Part shown: in pieces, positions 31,393-43,431 of the stretch
Position numbering within the stretch: position 1 is the first letter of the stretch
Layout: every line of letters starts with the position of its first letter
Source of the DNA: Saprolegnia diclina VS20
Taxonomy: Eukaryota
Length of the DNA: 49,209 nt
Assembly (NCBI RefSeq): GCF_000281045.1
Contig: NW_008246100.1
Location: 339,013 to 388,221, forward strand
Direction: 5' to 3'
Position numbers and translations under genes: made by a program
Notes under the pieces: generated by a model
Databases searched by the model: none
What the model saw: only the letters and a program-made list of their open reading frames with translations
What the model was told of the DNA's origin: nothing

Positions 31393-32172
31393 CGTCGATC
31401 GGTCGGATTTGTGTTGATGCCATCATTCGATCGAAGCAAACTTCGAAGGCGAAAAACACCCAACTGGAGACCTCCCATAATGCATCTTCTCGTTTTCCTT
31501 GTACAAACTTATACGCCGATCCTTCGCGCCTTGTAGTTGGTGCCCACGTTTGGCGCCGTTCTGGCAGGCGTTTGGACAAGTGTGCTTTCGTACCTGCGCT
31601 GTCATTATATGCGGCTACAGCGATGCTACAACTGCAATGCTATTGAAGCTTGGACACTGCATGGCATTGACCTTGCTATCCATACGTGGCCGTTTCTGGT
31701 TGAATAATGTTTGCCATCCTCGCTCGGCATATTTTTATTGCATAAATAGAATGTCGAGGGTTTGATAATATTTCTCGTCAACGAATCAAAAACCACAACC
31801 CTACCAAATGCCTTGATGTGACTATACGGGTCCTATAATATTATCATGTTTTGACATCATGATAAAATGAAATAGAATAAGACTGTCGTGCGTTTGCAAT
31901 AAAATTGTATCGATGTATCATTTTAAATGTCAAGGGCGATTAATATAATAGTTATAATAAAATACCGAAATCAAAGGAACGGCCTTGCGCTCCCAAGCTT
32001 GTGGCCGACGAAGCGACGCCCTTTGCACAAGGTCCGCTCGGACCTCTCTTGCGTCGTTAGTAATCACAGTCTGTTATTCCTGCACCGTGGTGTTTTGGGA
32101 CAACAAATCCCGTTGGCGCCACTTGGATTTTGGCCGGTTGCGGGAGAGTGTTGGTCATGAAGCAGGCGGTAG

Positions 32173-32188
32173 CCATTCGTCAATTTCC
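32173..32188 (+). promoter_or_regulatory. INR+FPR core promoter of SKP1
   Basis: CCATTCGTCAATTTCC begins 45 nt upstream of ATG 32218. Confidence 0.6.
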
Positions 32189-32217
32189 AAAACACCGTCT
32201 CCGCCACAACCAGCAGC

Positions 32218-32688
32218 ATGACCGCTTCGACCAAGGTGAACCTCGTGTCCCAGGACGGCGACAGCTTTGAAGTCGCGCGTGACGTGGCCTGCGTGAGCGA
32301 GCTCGTCAAGGCCATGCTCGCCGACGACGAAGGCGACGAGAGCGTCCGCGAGATCCCGCTGCCCAACGTCAAGAGCCCGGTGCTTGCCAAGGTCATTGAG
32401 TTCTGCAACCACCACCACACGACGCCGATGGAGGAGATTGAGAAGCCGCTCAAGAGCGGCGACATGCGCGACGTGGTCTCGGAGTGGGACGCGGCCTTTG
32501 TCGAGGTCGAGCAGGATACGCTCTTTGAGCTCATTCTCGCCGCCAACTACATGGACATCAAGTCGCTCCTCGACCTCTCGTGCGCCAAGGTCGCGACCTT
32601 GATCAAGGGCAAGACCTCGGACGAGATCCGCACCATGTTCAACATTGAGGCGCCTGCCGAGGGCGAGGCTGTCGCCATTGAATCGTAA
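32218..32688 (+). CDS. SKP1: SKP1, SCF ubiquitin-ligase adaptor
   Basis: LVSQDGDSFEV, IPLPNVKSPVLAKVIEFCNHH, LFELILAANYMDIKSLLDLSCAKVA..IKGKT..EIR..FNI. Confidence 0.97.
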   Translation: MTASTKVNLVSQDGDSFEVARDVACVSELVKAMLADDEGDESVREIPLPNVKSPVLAKVIEFCNHHHTTPMEEIEKPLKSGDMRDVVSEWDAAFVEVEQDTLFELILAANYMDIKSLLDLSCAKVATLIKGKTSDEIRTMFNIEAPAEGEAVAIES

Positions 32689-33409
32689 ACGTTGAGGTTG
32701 CAGCAACCCCGTGCGTCGCGTGTGGCGACTTTTATAACTAGCAAACTATTCATTTTCCCCTATGACGTTGCTGCTATCTTTCCTGGGCGTGCAGCATAGA
32801 AGGTCGGGCGATGCACTGCAACAACGCGCGCCGCGTCGATGGCGTCCTCGGAGCAAGCGAGGACCAAGGTAATGCAGGCGCGATATCAACCGCACCTCCA
32901 TGCACGCTTGATCTCCCATGTGGGTCATGTCGGAAGGGGCCGGCGTTGCAGTAGGACGTCGACAGCACGCCGACGGCGCCAATTCAATGGCCGAGTGAGC
33001 TGGCCGAGTGCATTTTCATGTCGGAGTCATTGGATCAGATAGATACGCAAGACCACGCTGTTCGGTTTCGCTGACATATTGATATCAACATGGATGAATC
33101 AATCAACAGAACATGTTGATGTGCACACTATCAAGTTAGCGAGTCCACAAAACAGTGTTTTTGTGAAACAGAATATTACGGTTTGAAACAGTGTGTAGAC
33201 TCTGTTGTTACCAACGAACACCATGACATGTACGTTGCGCCTCCACGAGGCAGCACAACGACGCGCTTGGATTCCCAACGTCACGTAGCTAGCACGGGAC
33301 GATCATTTGCGATGGTCAACTTGACGTTGTCCTCGGGGACACATCATCACCGGTGTGAATGATGGTACGATGAGTGATGGTCGTATCAAGTTGCTTTGCA
33401 ATGGAAATG

Positions 33410-33425
33410 TCATTTTCCAATTTCC
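33410..33425 (+). promoter_or_regulatory. INR+FPR core promoter of the WGR-WWE gene
   Basis: TCATTTTCCAATTTCC begins 37 nt upstream of ATG 33447. Confidence 0.65.
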
Positions 33426-33446
33426 AACCCCCGCACCACATTTAGC

Positions 33447-34739
33447 ATGGCTCCGAAGCGCAAGGCCGCGTCAGTTGCGATGACGCCCAACAAGAAGTCG
33501 GCGCCTGCCAACTGCGGCGCGATCAGTCCCGTCGCCGTCACGGCGCTCGCAGCGCTTGGCATTACGCAGTCGGCGCTCCTGCGCGCTGCTTCCCTCGCCC
33601 TTGTGGACGTGAGCACCAACATGGACAAGTACTACGAGCTCCAACTGCTCGCTGCTGGCACATACCACTACGTGTTTGTGCATTGGGGCCGCACGGGCAC
33701 AGCGGGCCAAACCCAGTTTCTTGGGCCGCAGACTCTCGACGCGGCGACCGCGGACTTTGACGCCAAGTTTCTCAGCAAGACGGGCAACGCGTACGCCCCG
33801 TCCCAGCCGTTTGTGCGGATCGCGGGCCGCTACGATTTGCTCGCAGTGCAAGAGGCGTCGGCCACGGGTGTCTGGGAGTACTACGTCAGCGACGGCGTCG
33901 ACGGCAAAGCCACCGCCTGGTACCCGTACGTGGACGACGCGATCGAGCGCATGGAACTCCTGTGGCAAACCTTCCAGGCCAACGAAGGCTACACGCAGCG
34001 CATCGTCCAGTCGGGCTACTGGTCGTACCTGATCGACTTGGTGCAAATGACTCAAACCAACATCCAAACCAACAAGAAGCGCACGATTCGCCGGTCCGCG
34101 CCCATCCTCGTGACGCCCATGCTGACGACCACGACCAAGGGCTCAACGAAGCGCGCGACGAAAGGCAAGAAGACGGCAGCGTCCAAGTCGCTGCACTCCT
34201 TCTCGATCGTGTCGATCGATGGCAAGGACCTCGATGTGAACCTTGCGCGCATCGATATTGCTGGCGGTCGCGACGACTTTATCGACCTGACGCTCATCCA
34301 AGCCAGCGGCAGCACGTACCTCTGGACCATCACAGGCAGCTGCGGCGAGCGCACGGGCGAGACATTTGATGGCCCGTTTGACCGCAAGGACGGCGAGGCT
34401 CGGTGGAAGGCGGCGTACTACACAGCGACGGGCCACAACTTTGGCAACGGCGACTTTGTTCGCGCTGACGGCAAGTACGATGTGCTCACAATGCCAGACG
34501 ACTGGGTCGTCACGGAAGGCAACCTCGAGACGCACGTTATGATCCCGCTCGGCACGCCGCTTCAGCGCGACGTGGCGTCCGACCTCTGGGCGTGGTACCA
34601 CCACAACCCACACTACGTGAAGCGGCTCATGACATTCGACCATGTTGTCTACTGCCTCGACTTTGAAAAGATGACGGCGACGTCGGTCGTCAACCCGGCT
34701 GTCGCTTGGAACATTCGCAAGATGACTGCTATCAAGTAG
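33447..34739 (+). CDS. WGR-WWE-(WGR-like)-(WWE-like) protein without a PARP catalytic domain; 430 aa
   Basis: WGR: NMDKYYELQLL..VFVHWGRTGTAGQ..FDAKFLSKTGN..GRYDLL. WWE: VWEYY..WYPY..ME..YLIDLVQMTQTN..KKRTIRR. The second half repeats the pattern (YYTATGHNF..GKYDVL; YCLDFEKMT..NIRK). Starts with NLS-like MAPKRK. Confidence 0.85.
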   Translation: MAPKRKAASVAMTPNKKSAPANCGAISPVAVTALAALGITQSALLRAASLALVDVSTNMDKYYELQLLAAGTYHYVFVHWGRTGTAGQTQFLGPQTLDAATADFDAKFLSKTGNAYAPSQPFVRIAGRYDLLAVQEASATGVWEYYVSDGVDGKATAWYPYVDDAIERMELLWQTFQANEGYTQRIVQSGYWSYLIDLVQMTQTNIQTNKKRTIRRSAPILVTPMLTTTTKGSTKRATKGKKTAASKSLHSFSIVSIDGKDLDVNLARIDIAGGRDDFIDLTLIQASGSTYLWTITGSCGERTGETFDGPFDRKDGEARWKAAYYTATGHNFGNGDFVRADGKYDVLTMPDDWVVTEGNLETHVMIPLGTPLQRDVASDLWAWYHHNPHYVKRLMTFDHVVYCLDFEKMTATSVVNPAVAWNIRKMTAIK

Positions 34740-34759
34740 CGCCAAAAACACATCAATAT

Positions 34760-34777
34760 TATATATATATATATATA
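34760..34777. repeat. (TA)n microsatellite in the 3' intergenic region
   Basis: tatatatatatatatata. Confidence 0.9.
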
Positions 34778-34907
34778 CACCGACACCTATCACTTCAACT
34801 TGTCTATACTAGACTGTCGTTGCACTTGAATCATTGTGCCAATGTACGTATGTAGGGGTGCGGGAAACGTGGCAAATTCAATACATAATAGGTTACAGGC
34901 GTCGGGT

Positions 34908-36083
34908 TTAAAACTCAAACTCAACAACAACGTTCTTGGTCTGCGGTGGCGGCACCTTGGCTTCTTGCTGGTACTTGCGCAGCACTTCTTCGTAGTCGTC
35001 CGTCTCGCGTCCGAGCGTCGAGCGGGGCGAGTACAGACTGTAGTCGTCGTCGAGCGACGAGCGCGGGCTCATGGCCGAGTCGTACGACTGCGCGAGGATG
35101 CAAGAGACCGGCGTGAGGCAGTCGAGCGTCACGTCGTCGTCCACGATGCCGTCCATCCACGAAGCGTTTTGGCTCGACACGTGGTGGTATTTCGGCGGCT
35201 CCAACGCCGGCTTGCTTCTACTCGAGGATTGAGACGACGCCGTCGTAGAGAACGAAGACGCGGACCCGGCAGAGTCTTTTCGGCGTACGGGCTTGGCCGC
35301 CTCGGGTGGGCTGCTTTGATCGGGGCGACTTTTTTGCTTGTCGTCCCGAGATGTGCGCTTCTCTTCGCGGGGGCTGCGCTTCGTGTCGCGCGGCGGCGGC
35401 CCCTCTCCTCGCCGCGGGTCAGGTCCTGACGCTGATCGGGCCATGGGCGGCGGCGGCGGCGCGTCGTCGAGTTCCTCGTCGTCTTTTCTATGGTCGCCGC
35501 CGGCGCGCTTGTACACTTTGGGCGCTTGCCCGTCGGCAGATCGGTCCTGCGCCGCGGACGCGGCCTTGATCTTGCCAAACTGACTCACTTCCATCGTCTG
35601 CGCCTTCTTCAAGCCGGCATGTCGAGGCTGCGTCGCAAAGACAGACGTCGGCGTCTGGTACGGAGTCTGTGTGATGGGCGCGCTGTTGTTTTCTCGTCGC
35701 CGGTCGACGTCGGTCATGGGCGGGCGCTGCGCCTCGTGGCCGGCGTACGTTTGCTGGCGCACGAGCCCGCGCCGGTCGAGCGACTGTGTGACCGCCTGGT
35801 AGTTGCCGCGTCGCGACCGTGACGACGGCGAGAGCGACCGGTCCAGCGACTCCATGGCGTTCATGCGCGGGCCAACGTTCGACTTGAGCTTGGGCTTCTG
35901 TTGCTGAACCGGGCCAAAGAAGAAGTCGAGGAGACGCGAGCTCTGCACCGCCTTGGACGCCGGCGACGCGCCGCCCTCGTGGCGCGTCTGGAGACGGTTG
36001 ACCCGCATCGACTTGGTCGGGTATTGCAGGAGGTTCGCCGGCGGCCCGGGCGTCGACTCGGTCGTCGTGTCGACTCGGATCAT
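34908..36083 (-). CDS. Intrinsically disordered S/P/R-rich hypothetical protein, 391 aa
   Basis: Long ORF with high GC3. ATG 36083 is preceded by INR-like ttcattgc; ends NVVVEFEF*. Confidence 0.7.
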   Translation of the reverse strand: MIRVDTTTESTPGPPANLLQYPTKSMRVNRLQTRHEGGASPASKAVQSSRLLDFFFGPVQQQKPKLKSNVGPRMNAMESLDRSLSPSSRSRRGNYQAVTQSLDRRGLVRQQTYAGHEAQRPPMTDVDRRRENNSAPITQTPYQTPTSVFATQPRHAGLKKAQTMEVSQFGKIKAASAAQDRSADGQAPKVYKRAGGDHRKDDEELDDAPPPPPMARSASGPDPRRGEGPPPRDTKRSPREEKRTSRDDKQKSRPDQSSPPEAAKPVRRKDSAGSASSFSTTASSQSSSRSKPALEPPKYHHVSSQNASWMDGIVDDDVTLDCLTPVSCILAQSYDSAMSPRSSLDDDYSLYSPRSTLGRETDDYEEVLRKYQQEAKVPPPQTKNVVVEFEF

Positions 36084-37472
36084 CGGCGACAGCAATGAAA
36101 AAGGGGACTGACACCGAGTATCCGTACGCTGTAATGTGGCAGAAAGAGTGTGTCGATCCGTAGCCGGTGCGTAGAGGCTGCAGCTATGTGCACGCAACTT
36201 TGCATACATCTCCATTGGGCATGTGCGCCTCATTGGTACCTTGAAGGGGCGTGCGAATAGTCAATCGTGACTGTCACGGAGCATGTGACGCCGCGCCTTT
36301 GCGTCGCCTCTAGCCGAGTGCCTCTTTTTTCTCGCGCGCGTCAATTCCATTACATTCACCAAGTGCTGCGTGACGAAACGCTAAAATATAACGAAACTGG
36401 CTGCTTCGACCCCAATTTTCTCGAAACTGTCTCCTTTTATACCACGTGAGTATACCTCGAGGAGACGACGTCTCGGGTCCCACGGCGCGCTGGGACAAGG
36501 CAATCAGTATTGATCTTTGCCGCCCTTTTCTTCCCAAGCATCGCATTCGCGACAGGGCGATGGACCTTGGTGCGGCCGTCTCTGCAGGTCCAAGATATCA
36601 CACGACAGCAGCCACACAAATGCGTATATCGCTCGCTGGCCTTGAAGCTGCGAGTGGATGGACGCGGATGCAATTCTTATCGCTTTCTTATTTGGTCGAT
36701 AAATAAAAAGCTCGATGCACAACTCACACGCCAAGACATTAGGGCACACTAGTACCATGACTTGGTTGGGATCGAGGGCGCAGCTTCTCTCGGTTCCTTC
36801 TAGTGCATTGTACCGACAGCTCTTACATGAGAGACTCGACGACTGGTTTGCTGTCGGGAACGTGGCTGTTACCCAGTTATAGAGGTGGATCTTTCGTTGC
36901 TGTGACCTACTCCTTGGCATTCTCTGCTTGGCTTTCACTAGGACGTCATAGAGGTTCACTCCAGCGCGTCAAGTAGAATGTTGGAGCAAACTGGCGAAAG
37001 AATCACTGTCGCCGTCGTGACACGACAAGGGCAGAGAGGACAGAGTACGAGGCTTCACCTGAATGGTCGAGCATTCTGGTCAAACACAACAGAGCACCAT
37101 GAAGCGAGAAACGGTGCCCACAAGAAGGCATGGTCAAGAGGACAGGGCAGAAAGTCGTCCGGGAACTGTCCACAGTTTGAGACACAATCGAGAATCGTCG
37201 ATTCCTTGAACCTTGTCCTGGTCGGATCGTGAAAGCACGAGACTCTCTCCGTGCCAAGTGCAAAGGCAACCTCAAGAACCCGGGCCAAGAACCATGGTGC
37301 ATAGCAGCCACCATGTATACTACTACGTACTACATATCGCCGTGGCCGCGTCTTGGCAGTGCGTCGATGGTTACACATTTCGTGTGCGCGCGCTGTAATG
37401 AATCTGTGGCGCCAACGACGCCTCGACGATCCACGTAACAACAACATCTCCATTACGCACGATCTGTGACGT

Positions 37473-39217
37473 CTACGGCCGCAGCTCGTCCGTGTCGTCG
37501 CCCGTCGTCGCTTCCTTCGCCGCTTCCTGCGCCTGCAGCAGCTCGATGTCTTCCAAAAGCTGGTGGACGGTCGGGCGAAGGATGATGTTGACACCTTCCT
37601 GGGCAGCGAGGCGGCGCTCCCGCGCCTGCACGCGCACGCCAAAGCCAAAGATGGTGCAACCGCGCTCAATGTCCTTTGTCGTAATGTTGCCGAGGCCGAC
37701 GTGCGCCGTGTGAATGAGCGGCATCGCATCCACCGTGTCGAGAATACTCGTGAGCGACCCCGCCGTATCGGCCTTGATGACGATCGGCGCGCCAAAAAAG
37801 CCCTTGAGCGGCAATTCCTCCTGAATCTCCGCGTCGTCAGCCGCGGTTGTTGCGTCGTCCTTGGGCACGACACACTCTTGAAAATCCATGTTCATCTCCC
37901 TAAACGACGACAACCGCTTATGTGGTTTCATCGAGCAACCTGACGTACCGCTGTGCCATGATCTCTTCGGCGCGGTCCTTAGCGACAACATGGAAGCCAA
38001 ATTCAAGTGGCGCGTCGCGGTGCCGAGACACGTTCTTGAACGTCACGTCGACGACTTGGCCCGGCGACGCGACAGGCACGACGTCGCCGTTGGCGTTGCG
38101 GATTGTCTTGACGACACCGTGGATCATGCCGCAGATAAAGTGGTCTTTCGGGTGCAACAGTCCATGGAAGATCATGACGCGGATGACGGTCCCCATGCCA
38201 ATCGAAGCGACGATCTCGAGCGCCGTGCCTACGATGCATGAGGCATAGGCTGCGTGCAATGGCGTACGAACCGGTAGCGTCACCGCCCTTTGTGCCATAG
38301 TACGCAGTGAGGTCCACGTCCGGCAAGATGGCCAAGATCTTTTCCTTGAGCTCGTCCAAGTTGGTGCCGAGCTTGGCCGAAATGGGCAAGACGGGGCACG
38401 TTTCGAGAGCGACGTAGCTGCGGACCTCCTTCTCCACCCTACACATAATACGAGTTAGCATTATCGGTGCCATCGTATCGATCAAGACGCACGCGACAAG
38501 GGCGTCCGGCGTCGCCTTGTCCATCTTGTTGATGCACACAACGGTCGGGACGCCGAGGTCTTCGATGCAGCCAATGGACTCTTCGGTCTGGAGCAAGCAG
38601 CCCTCGTCGGCCGCGACGACCAAGACGACGACGTCAGCGACCGACGCTGCGTTGTTGCGCATGCGCGTAAAGTGAAAGTGCCCCGGGGTATCGAGGAACG
38701 TTGCCGGCGTCTCAAAGTTGAGGTCGGACAAGCACACGTGGATCTTCTGCGTAATGCCCTCGACTTCGCGGTCGGCGATGTTGGTGCCCCGGAGCGTGTC
38801 CATGAGAGTCGTCTTGCCGTGGTTGACGTGGCCCATGACCGCAATCACGGGCGGGCGCGTTTGGCACATGTCCCGTTTGTCGTGCGGAATGTCGTGCTTC
38901 CCGACCGCCTCCGGCTCAACGCTGTCGTACACCACGAGCGCGCCATGCTGGCCCGCGATTTTGGCCGCGACCTCGAACGGCAAAATGACTTGCTTGAGCG
39001 TCTCAAACTTGTACTCGATGCTATTGTGCGTAAGGTAGTACTTGTGGTAGTGCTTCTTGCACGCGAGCTTGGCGACATCGTCCGCAGGCACCTTGAGCTT
39101 CTTGGCCAAGTCGCGCACGCGAATGTAGTTGGGCAGCAGCACGGGCTTCTTGAGCTTCGACGCGAATCCGCGCGAGCCCGTGAGCACGGTCGTCGACCGC
39201 AGGTTGCGCCACAGCAT
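37473..39217 (-). CDS. Translation initiation factor IF-2-like GTPase (organellar/bacterial type), C-terminally short; 4 exons, about 532 aa
   Basis: Exons 39217-38493, 38438-38272, 38228-37949, 37899-37473. Motifs RPPVIAVMGHVNHGKTTL, GITQ, FLDTPGH, NKMD, ISAK and domain III IVIKADTAGSL. The N-terminus MLWRNLRSTTVLTGSRGFAS resembles a mitochondrial presequence. Confidence 0.85.
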
Positions 39218-39249
39218 CTTTGGTCGTGGCCAAGAAAGAGCAGTGGCGT

Positions 39250-39330
39250 GTGATTGGCTACACGTCAGCCAATCAAAGCGCATGCATCGCGACCTTTGAG
39301 TTGACCAATCAATGCACGAATCCAATGGCA
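39250..39330. promoter_or_regulatory. CCAAT-box cluster upstream of the IF2-like gene
   Basis: gATTGGcta, agCCAATca, gaCCAATca and tCCAATgg lie within about 80 nt. Confidence 0.45.
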
Positions 39331-40171
39331 TACACTATTTGCAATCAGAAGCACACTATTCCTCGCACCAAATGCCAGGTGTTATCGTGTTGAAGAGTGG
39401 CCGCATTAGACATCGAAGACGAGAGACCACTCTTTTCATAGATGTAAGCACGTCGTCTACACCGCCGCTTCACACTGAGATTAACACTATTAATATCATT
39501 CTTTAGGACCTTGCGGGATGCTTGGCACGTCGATTCGTATGAGTATCAGCCGTCTCAGGTGGAAGCGGAGGATGATAATCACGATGATACCGGCTCAGAA
39601 AATGCGCGCGGAAAAATCCAGTGCATGCGACGTGAAATACTGTGAAATTGCTCTATGTCGATTCAACACTTGACGACGTCGACGCGACCGCATTTCCATT
39701 AGTCGTTCTTGCGTATACTAACTAACGTTGTGTTGGGTGACGTGATACTGCAACCTCATCCGGCAGGCAAAGTTGCTGCAGCCTCTATAACGCGCCGCGC
39801 TGCACAGAAAACCGTGCTAGCAGAGGGCGAGTAACAGGCTTCTTCGTTCTGGGTCGCTCGCAAATTGGCCTCTCGGCTCTTCAGCTCGACGCCCACCAGT
39901 AGCGACCGACGGAGCGATGCCAGACAAGGACGTGCGAGCCAAAGCCGTGCTTGGACGCCGCCAAAAGAAACGCTATGCGTACGGATACATGTCTCTTTTT
40001 TTCCGGATGTCTATCAACCGGTCGCTATTTTTTTACGAGATTTTATTTCGCATACAAAACGCAAGCTACTTGTCCCATAGGCGGGCCGATAAAAAGTCTG
40101 GCTCAAGTGTTCAGAGCGTTTTTTGCAGTCGCCTAGTTCTCCGAGGGTTGGCGACCACGCGTAAGATCTCC

Positions 40172-40991
40172 ATGATGCTGATGAACTGCATGATGCTCCC
40201 TGCAACCGAGTCGACGATGGTCATGGGCGGCCTCGCCGACGACGCCTGCAGCCTCGGCGGGACAACTCCCCTCGACTTTGCCTACGACGGCGCGCCGTCG
40301 ACGCACGCCGAGCTTGTCGCTGCCGCGTCGACGATCGACGCATGCTGCAGCCCCGCTGCCGTGCGCCGGGGCGGCGAGGGTACGCGCAAGAACCTCTGTA
40401 TATGCGTCGACGACGTTGCGGCGCGCCTCGGCGCCATCGACAACAACGCCAATGACGACGACGACGTGACGTCCGAGGCGAGCGACTCGGCGACCGCGGA
40501 CGATGTCGAGTATGACGACGACGAAGATGCCATGTGCAAGCGGAAACGCATCGGCACGTTCGACGCCTCCGATGACACGTCGGGCTACGTGAGCCTCGCG
40601 TCCTGCGAAGAGGCCTTCCACGGTACAGACGGCGTCGTATCGAGACAATGGTCTGACAGCCTGTAGTCTCCAAGCGCCCCAAGCTCGAGTCCATTGACTA
40701 CTCGTGCTCGTACCCTGGTAGACCCACACCAACTCGAAGCATACGCTCATTTGTCGTACGTCCTTAGAGACGACGGCGCACGTCCAGCTCTCGGCCGTCC
40801 ACAACGACCAGATGCGCTTCTTCTTCACACCGTTTGGCGCGGGCCAGTCGGCAGGCGCGTCGCAGCCGCTCGCGGTGCAGTTTCCGTTTGTCGCGTCCGG
40901 GACGTTCGAGATGGCCGGGTCGTCGCGCGTGATCGCCACCAAGACGCGGTCGACGCCGGCGACTCCGCGCCTCGTGGACATGGACGCCTAA
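40172..40991 (+). CDS. Hypothetical acidic protein with NLS-like motifs, 3 exons, about 241 aa
   Basis: Exons 40172-40622, 40667-40717 and 40768-40991 splice in frame; motifs KRKRI and SKRPKL; the start Met is uncertain. Confidence 0.65.
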
Positions 40992-41162
40992 TGGTCGCAT
41001 CTCGTATTTATCTCTCCCCCTCTTCATCGCGACGACCACCTCCTCGAACCCTGTACTACTCGACTGTAAAAACACTACTCTTGCCCTCTCATTATCCCCC
41101 TGTCCATCAAACGAAGATGAAGAAGCGTCGTCATATAGCAACCGAGCATACAAGAGGGTCCC

Positions 41163-43431
41163 TTAGGGCATGGCCTGGAGGGCGCGGGCCGCAAAGAACT
41201 GCACGTCGCCATCCGGGTCTTGGAGAAGCGCGTGCAGGCACGGCTGGCCCGACGTCGCTAGCACGGCCGCGTCGACGGGACCCACCATGGATTCCAGCGT
41301 CTTGGCCACGTTGAAGCGGATGTTGGGCACCGGGTCCTACCGAAAACAACGTCGTCAGTTGCAGAACGGCGACGACGACGGAGCGCACCGCGGCCAGCTC
41401 GAGCACGATCGGGAGAAGCGTGGCTTGGATCGCGTCGGACGGCATCACTTGCGCCAACACCTAATGCGATAGATCAACAAGATGTCTAAGCTCTTGGTGG
41501 ACCTTGACGGCGCGCAGCGAGATCATGCGGTAGAGGTAGTTCGGGTTCGAGTGCATCGTAAATATTCTGGGCACGATGTGTTGCCGGGCCCAGTCGACGC
41601 CAAAGTGCTGTGTCAAGCGCTGCAGATTCAGCGCCGCGGCCTCGCGGATCGAGAAGACGCTGTCGCAGAGCCAGCTCATGCACATCTCCATGAGATGTTC
41701 CTCGAAGTACGAGACGCCGAGCTGCGACGCCAGCGTTGGCACAAACTCGATGATCGCAAGGCGCACGCGCCACTGCCGGTCCTCGGCCAGCTGCACGATC
41801 GCTGGCAAAAGGGACTGCGAGAGCTGATCGATGCCCACAACGTCGTTCACGTGATCGAGGTTCGAGATGATGTTGAGACGCACTTCCGAGTTGTCGTCCG
41901 AGAGCAGCTACATCATTCATGCAGCCACAGGACTCTACCCCATGCGTGTGTACCTGGAGAAAGAGCGGCAAGAGATGCGCCACCGCATGCTCGCGGCCCA
42001 AGTACGGCGCCATCTTCATGACGACCGACGCCAGCGACGCGCGGACGTGCTCGGACGGGTCCCGCGCCAAGGCCGTGCACGACGGAATCACCTTGGCCAC
42101 GAGCTGGGCCGGGTGGATAAAGGCCGACGCGCCGTGCGTCTTGGCCGCTGCAATCGTCTTGACCTCGGCTTCCGTGTCGCCCAACAGCGGGACCAAGCAC
42201 GTGTCGCCTACGCAACACTATTTAGACACCGAGCACGAAGAATAAATCAATCGCGTACAAATGGTCGTGCTCGCCACCTCGGGCCCAACGGCCTGGCAAA
42301 TCTCGGGGAGCTTGTTGCCGACTGACCACCGGACGCGCCACGCCGTGTCCTTGGCGGCCGCGCAAATGATAGGAATGAGCTGCGTCATCTTGACGTCTTC
42401 GGGTACGAGCTGCGCGAGGGCGACCGCGTTGTCGACGGTTTGGAGGCGCACCGAGTCTTGACGATCTTGCGCGAGCGAGATGAAGAGTGGCATGAGCTCG
42501 TTGTTGGCCGTCGCCGCGTCCGTCTATGCAGGCGTTATGACGGCAAAGGTGTAGCGCAAAACGCACGCACCAGCAGCGCAAACGAACCTAACGCCGTCGA
42601 CGCGGCCTTGCGCACGAGCGGAAGGTCGTCGCGGCAGAGCTGGCCAAACATGCCCCGCATTTCGGCTTGGATCGCCGGCGTCAATGCATTGTAGCCCACT
42701 TGGAAGAGACTGCACGCAGCGATGCGCGACGTGTACCTACTCGATGCGTGAGCAAGGCTGTCGTGTGCAAGCGATATGCGAACCAGTCGCGCGTCACGAG
42801 GCGGCGCAAGACTGCCACAAAGTGCTCGGTAATGTGCTCTGGCGACATTTGCTGCACGACCTTGACCATCGACTTGCACGCCTACGCATGCATGTCGCCA
42901 CTGCGACGACATAATTTTTCTGGTGTTACCATGTCGCGGACCGCGGCTTCATCCACGGCCACGAGGGTTTCGAGCAAGAAAAGCAAGTGATACGCATTGA
43001 GCGCACCGCCGACGAGTTCGACAAATTCGCCTGCATGAAGCGTGAGACCATGAGACTACAATGCAGTCTTTGAATGTACCAAGCTCTTGCGCAAGCGCCA
43101 GGAGGATCTCGTCGTCGTCGTCCAAGGTCTCTTTGCACCACTCGTATGAGGCCCATGTGTCGGGCGAGGATCGCAGTACCGTTAAGAAACGGAAGTAGCT
43201 CGTCACGCGTGCGCTGTGGGCCGAGCGCCGAGGCTACATGCAAGGCCATGAGCGACGGCGACGCGCAGGCTCGTGGTACCAATCACTTGCACCTTCTTGA
43301 TCGCTTGCAGCCGCAGCTTGGCGTCGTCATGGCGCAGCTCGTCGACCAAGACGGCTACGGCGTTGATCGTCCCATCGTCTAGGCAGCGCCATGAGCTCCA
43401 TGTTGCGCCGCCGACCATGCGTACCTTCCAT
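41163..43431 (-). CDS. PPP2R1: Protein phosphatase 2A scaffold (A) subunit, HEAT repeats, multi-exon with a 7-nt first coding exon
   Basis: [79 protein letters not shown]. Exon 1 is ATGGAAG at 43431-43425; stop at 41163-41165. Confidence 0.95.

Noticed and set aside
32746..33042. GC-rich patch with short ORFs downstream of SKP1
   Set aside because: No coherent frame or recognisable homology; at most an unidentifiable relic.
40133..40981. 282-aa minus-strand ORF
   Set aside because: The plus strand gives a clean three-exon gene over the same interval with canonical introns.
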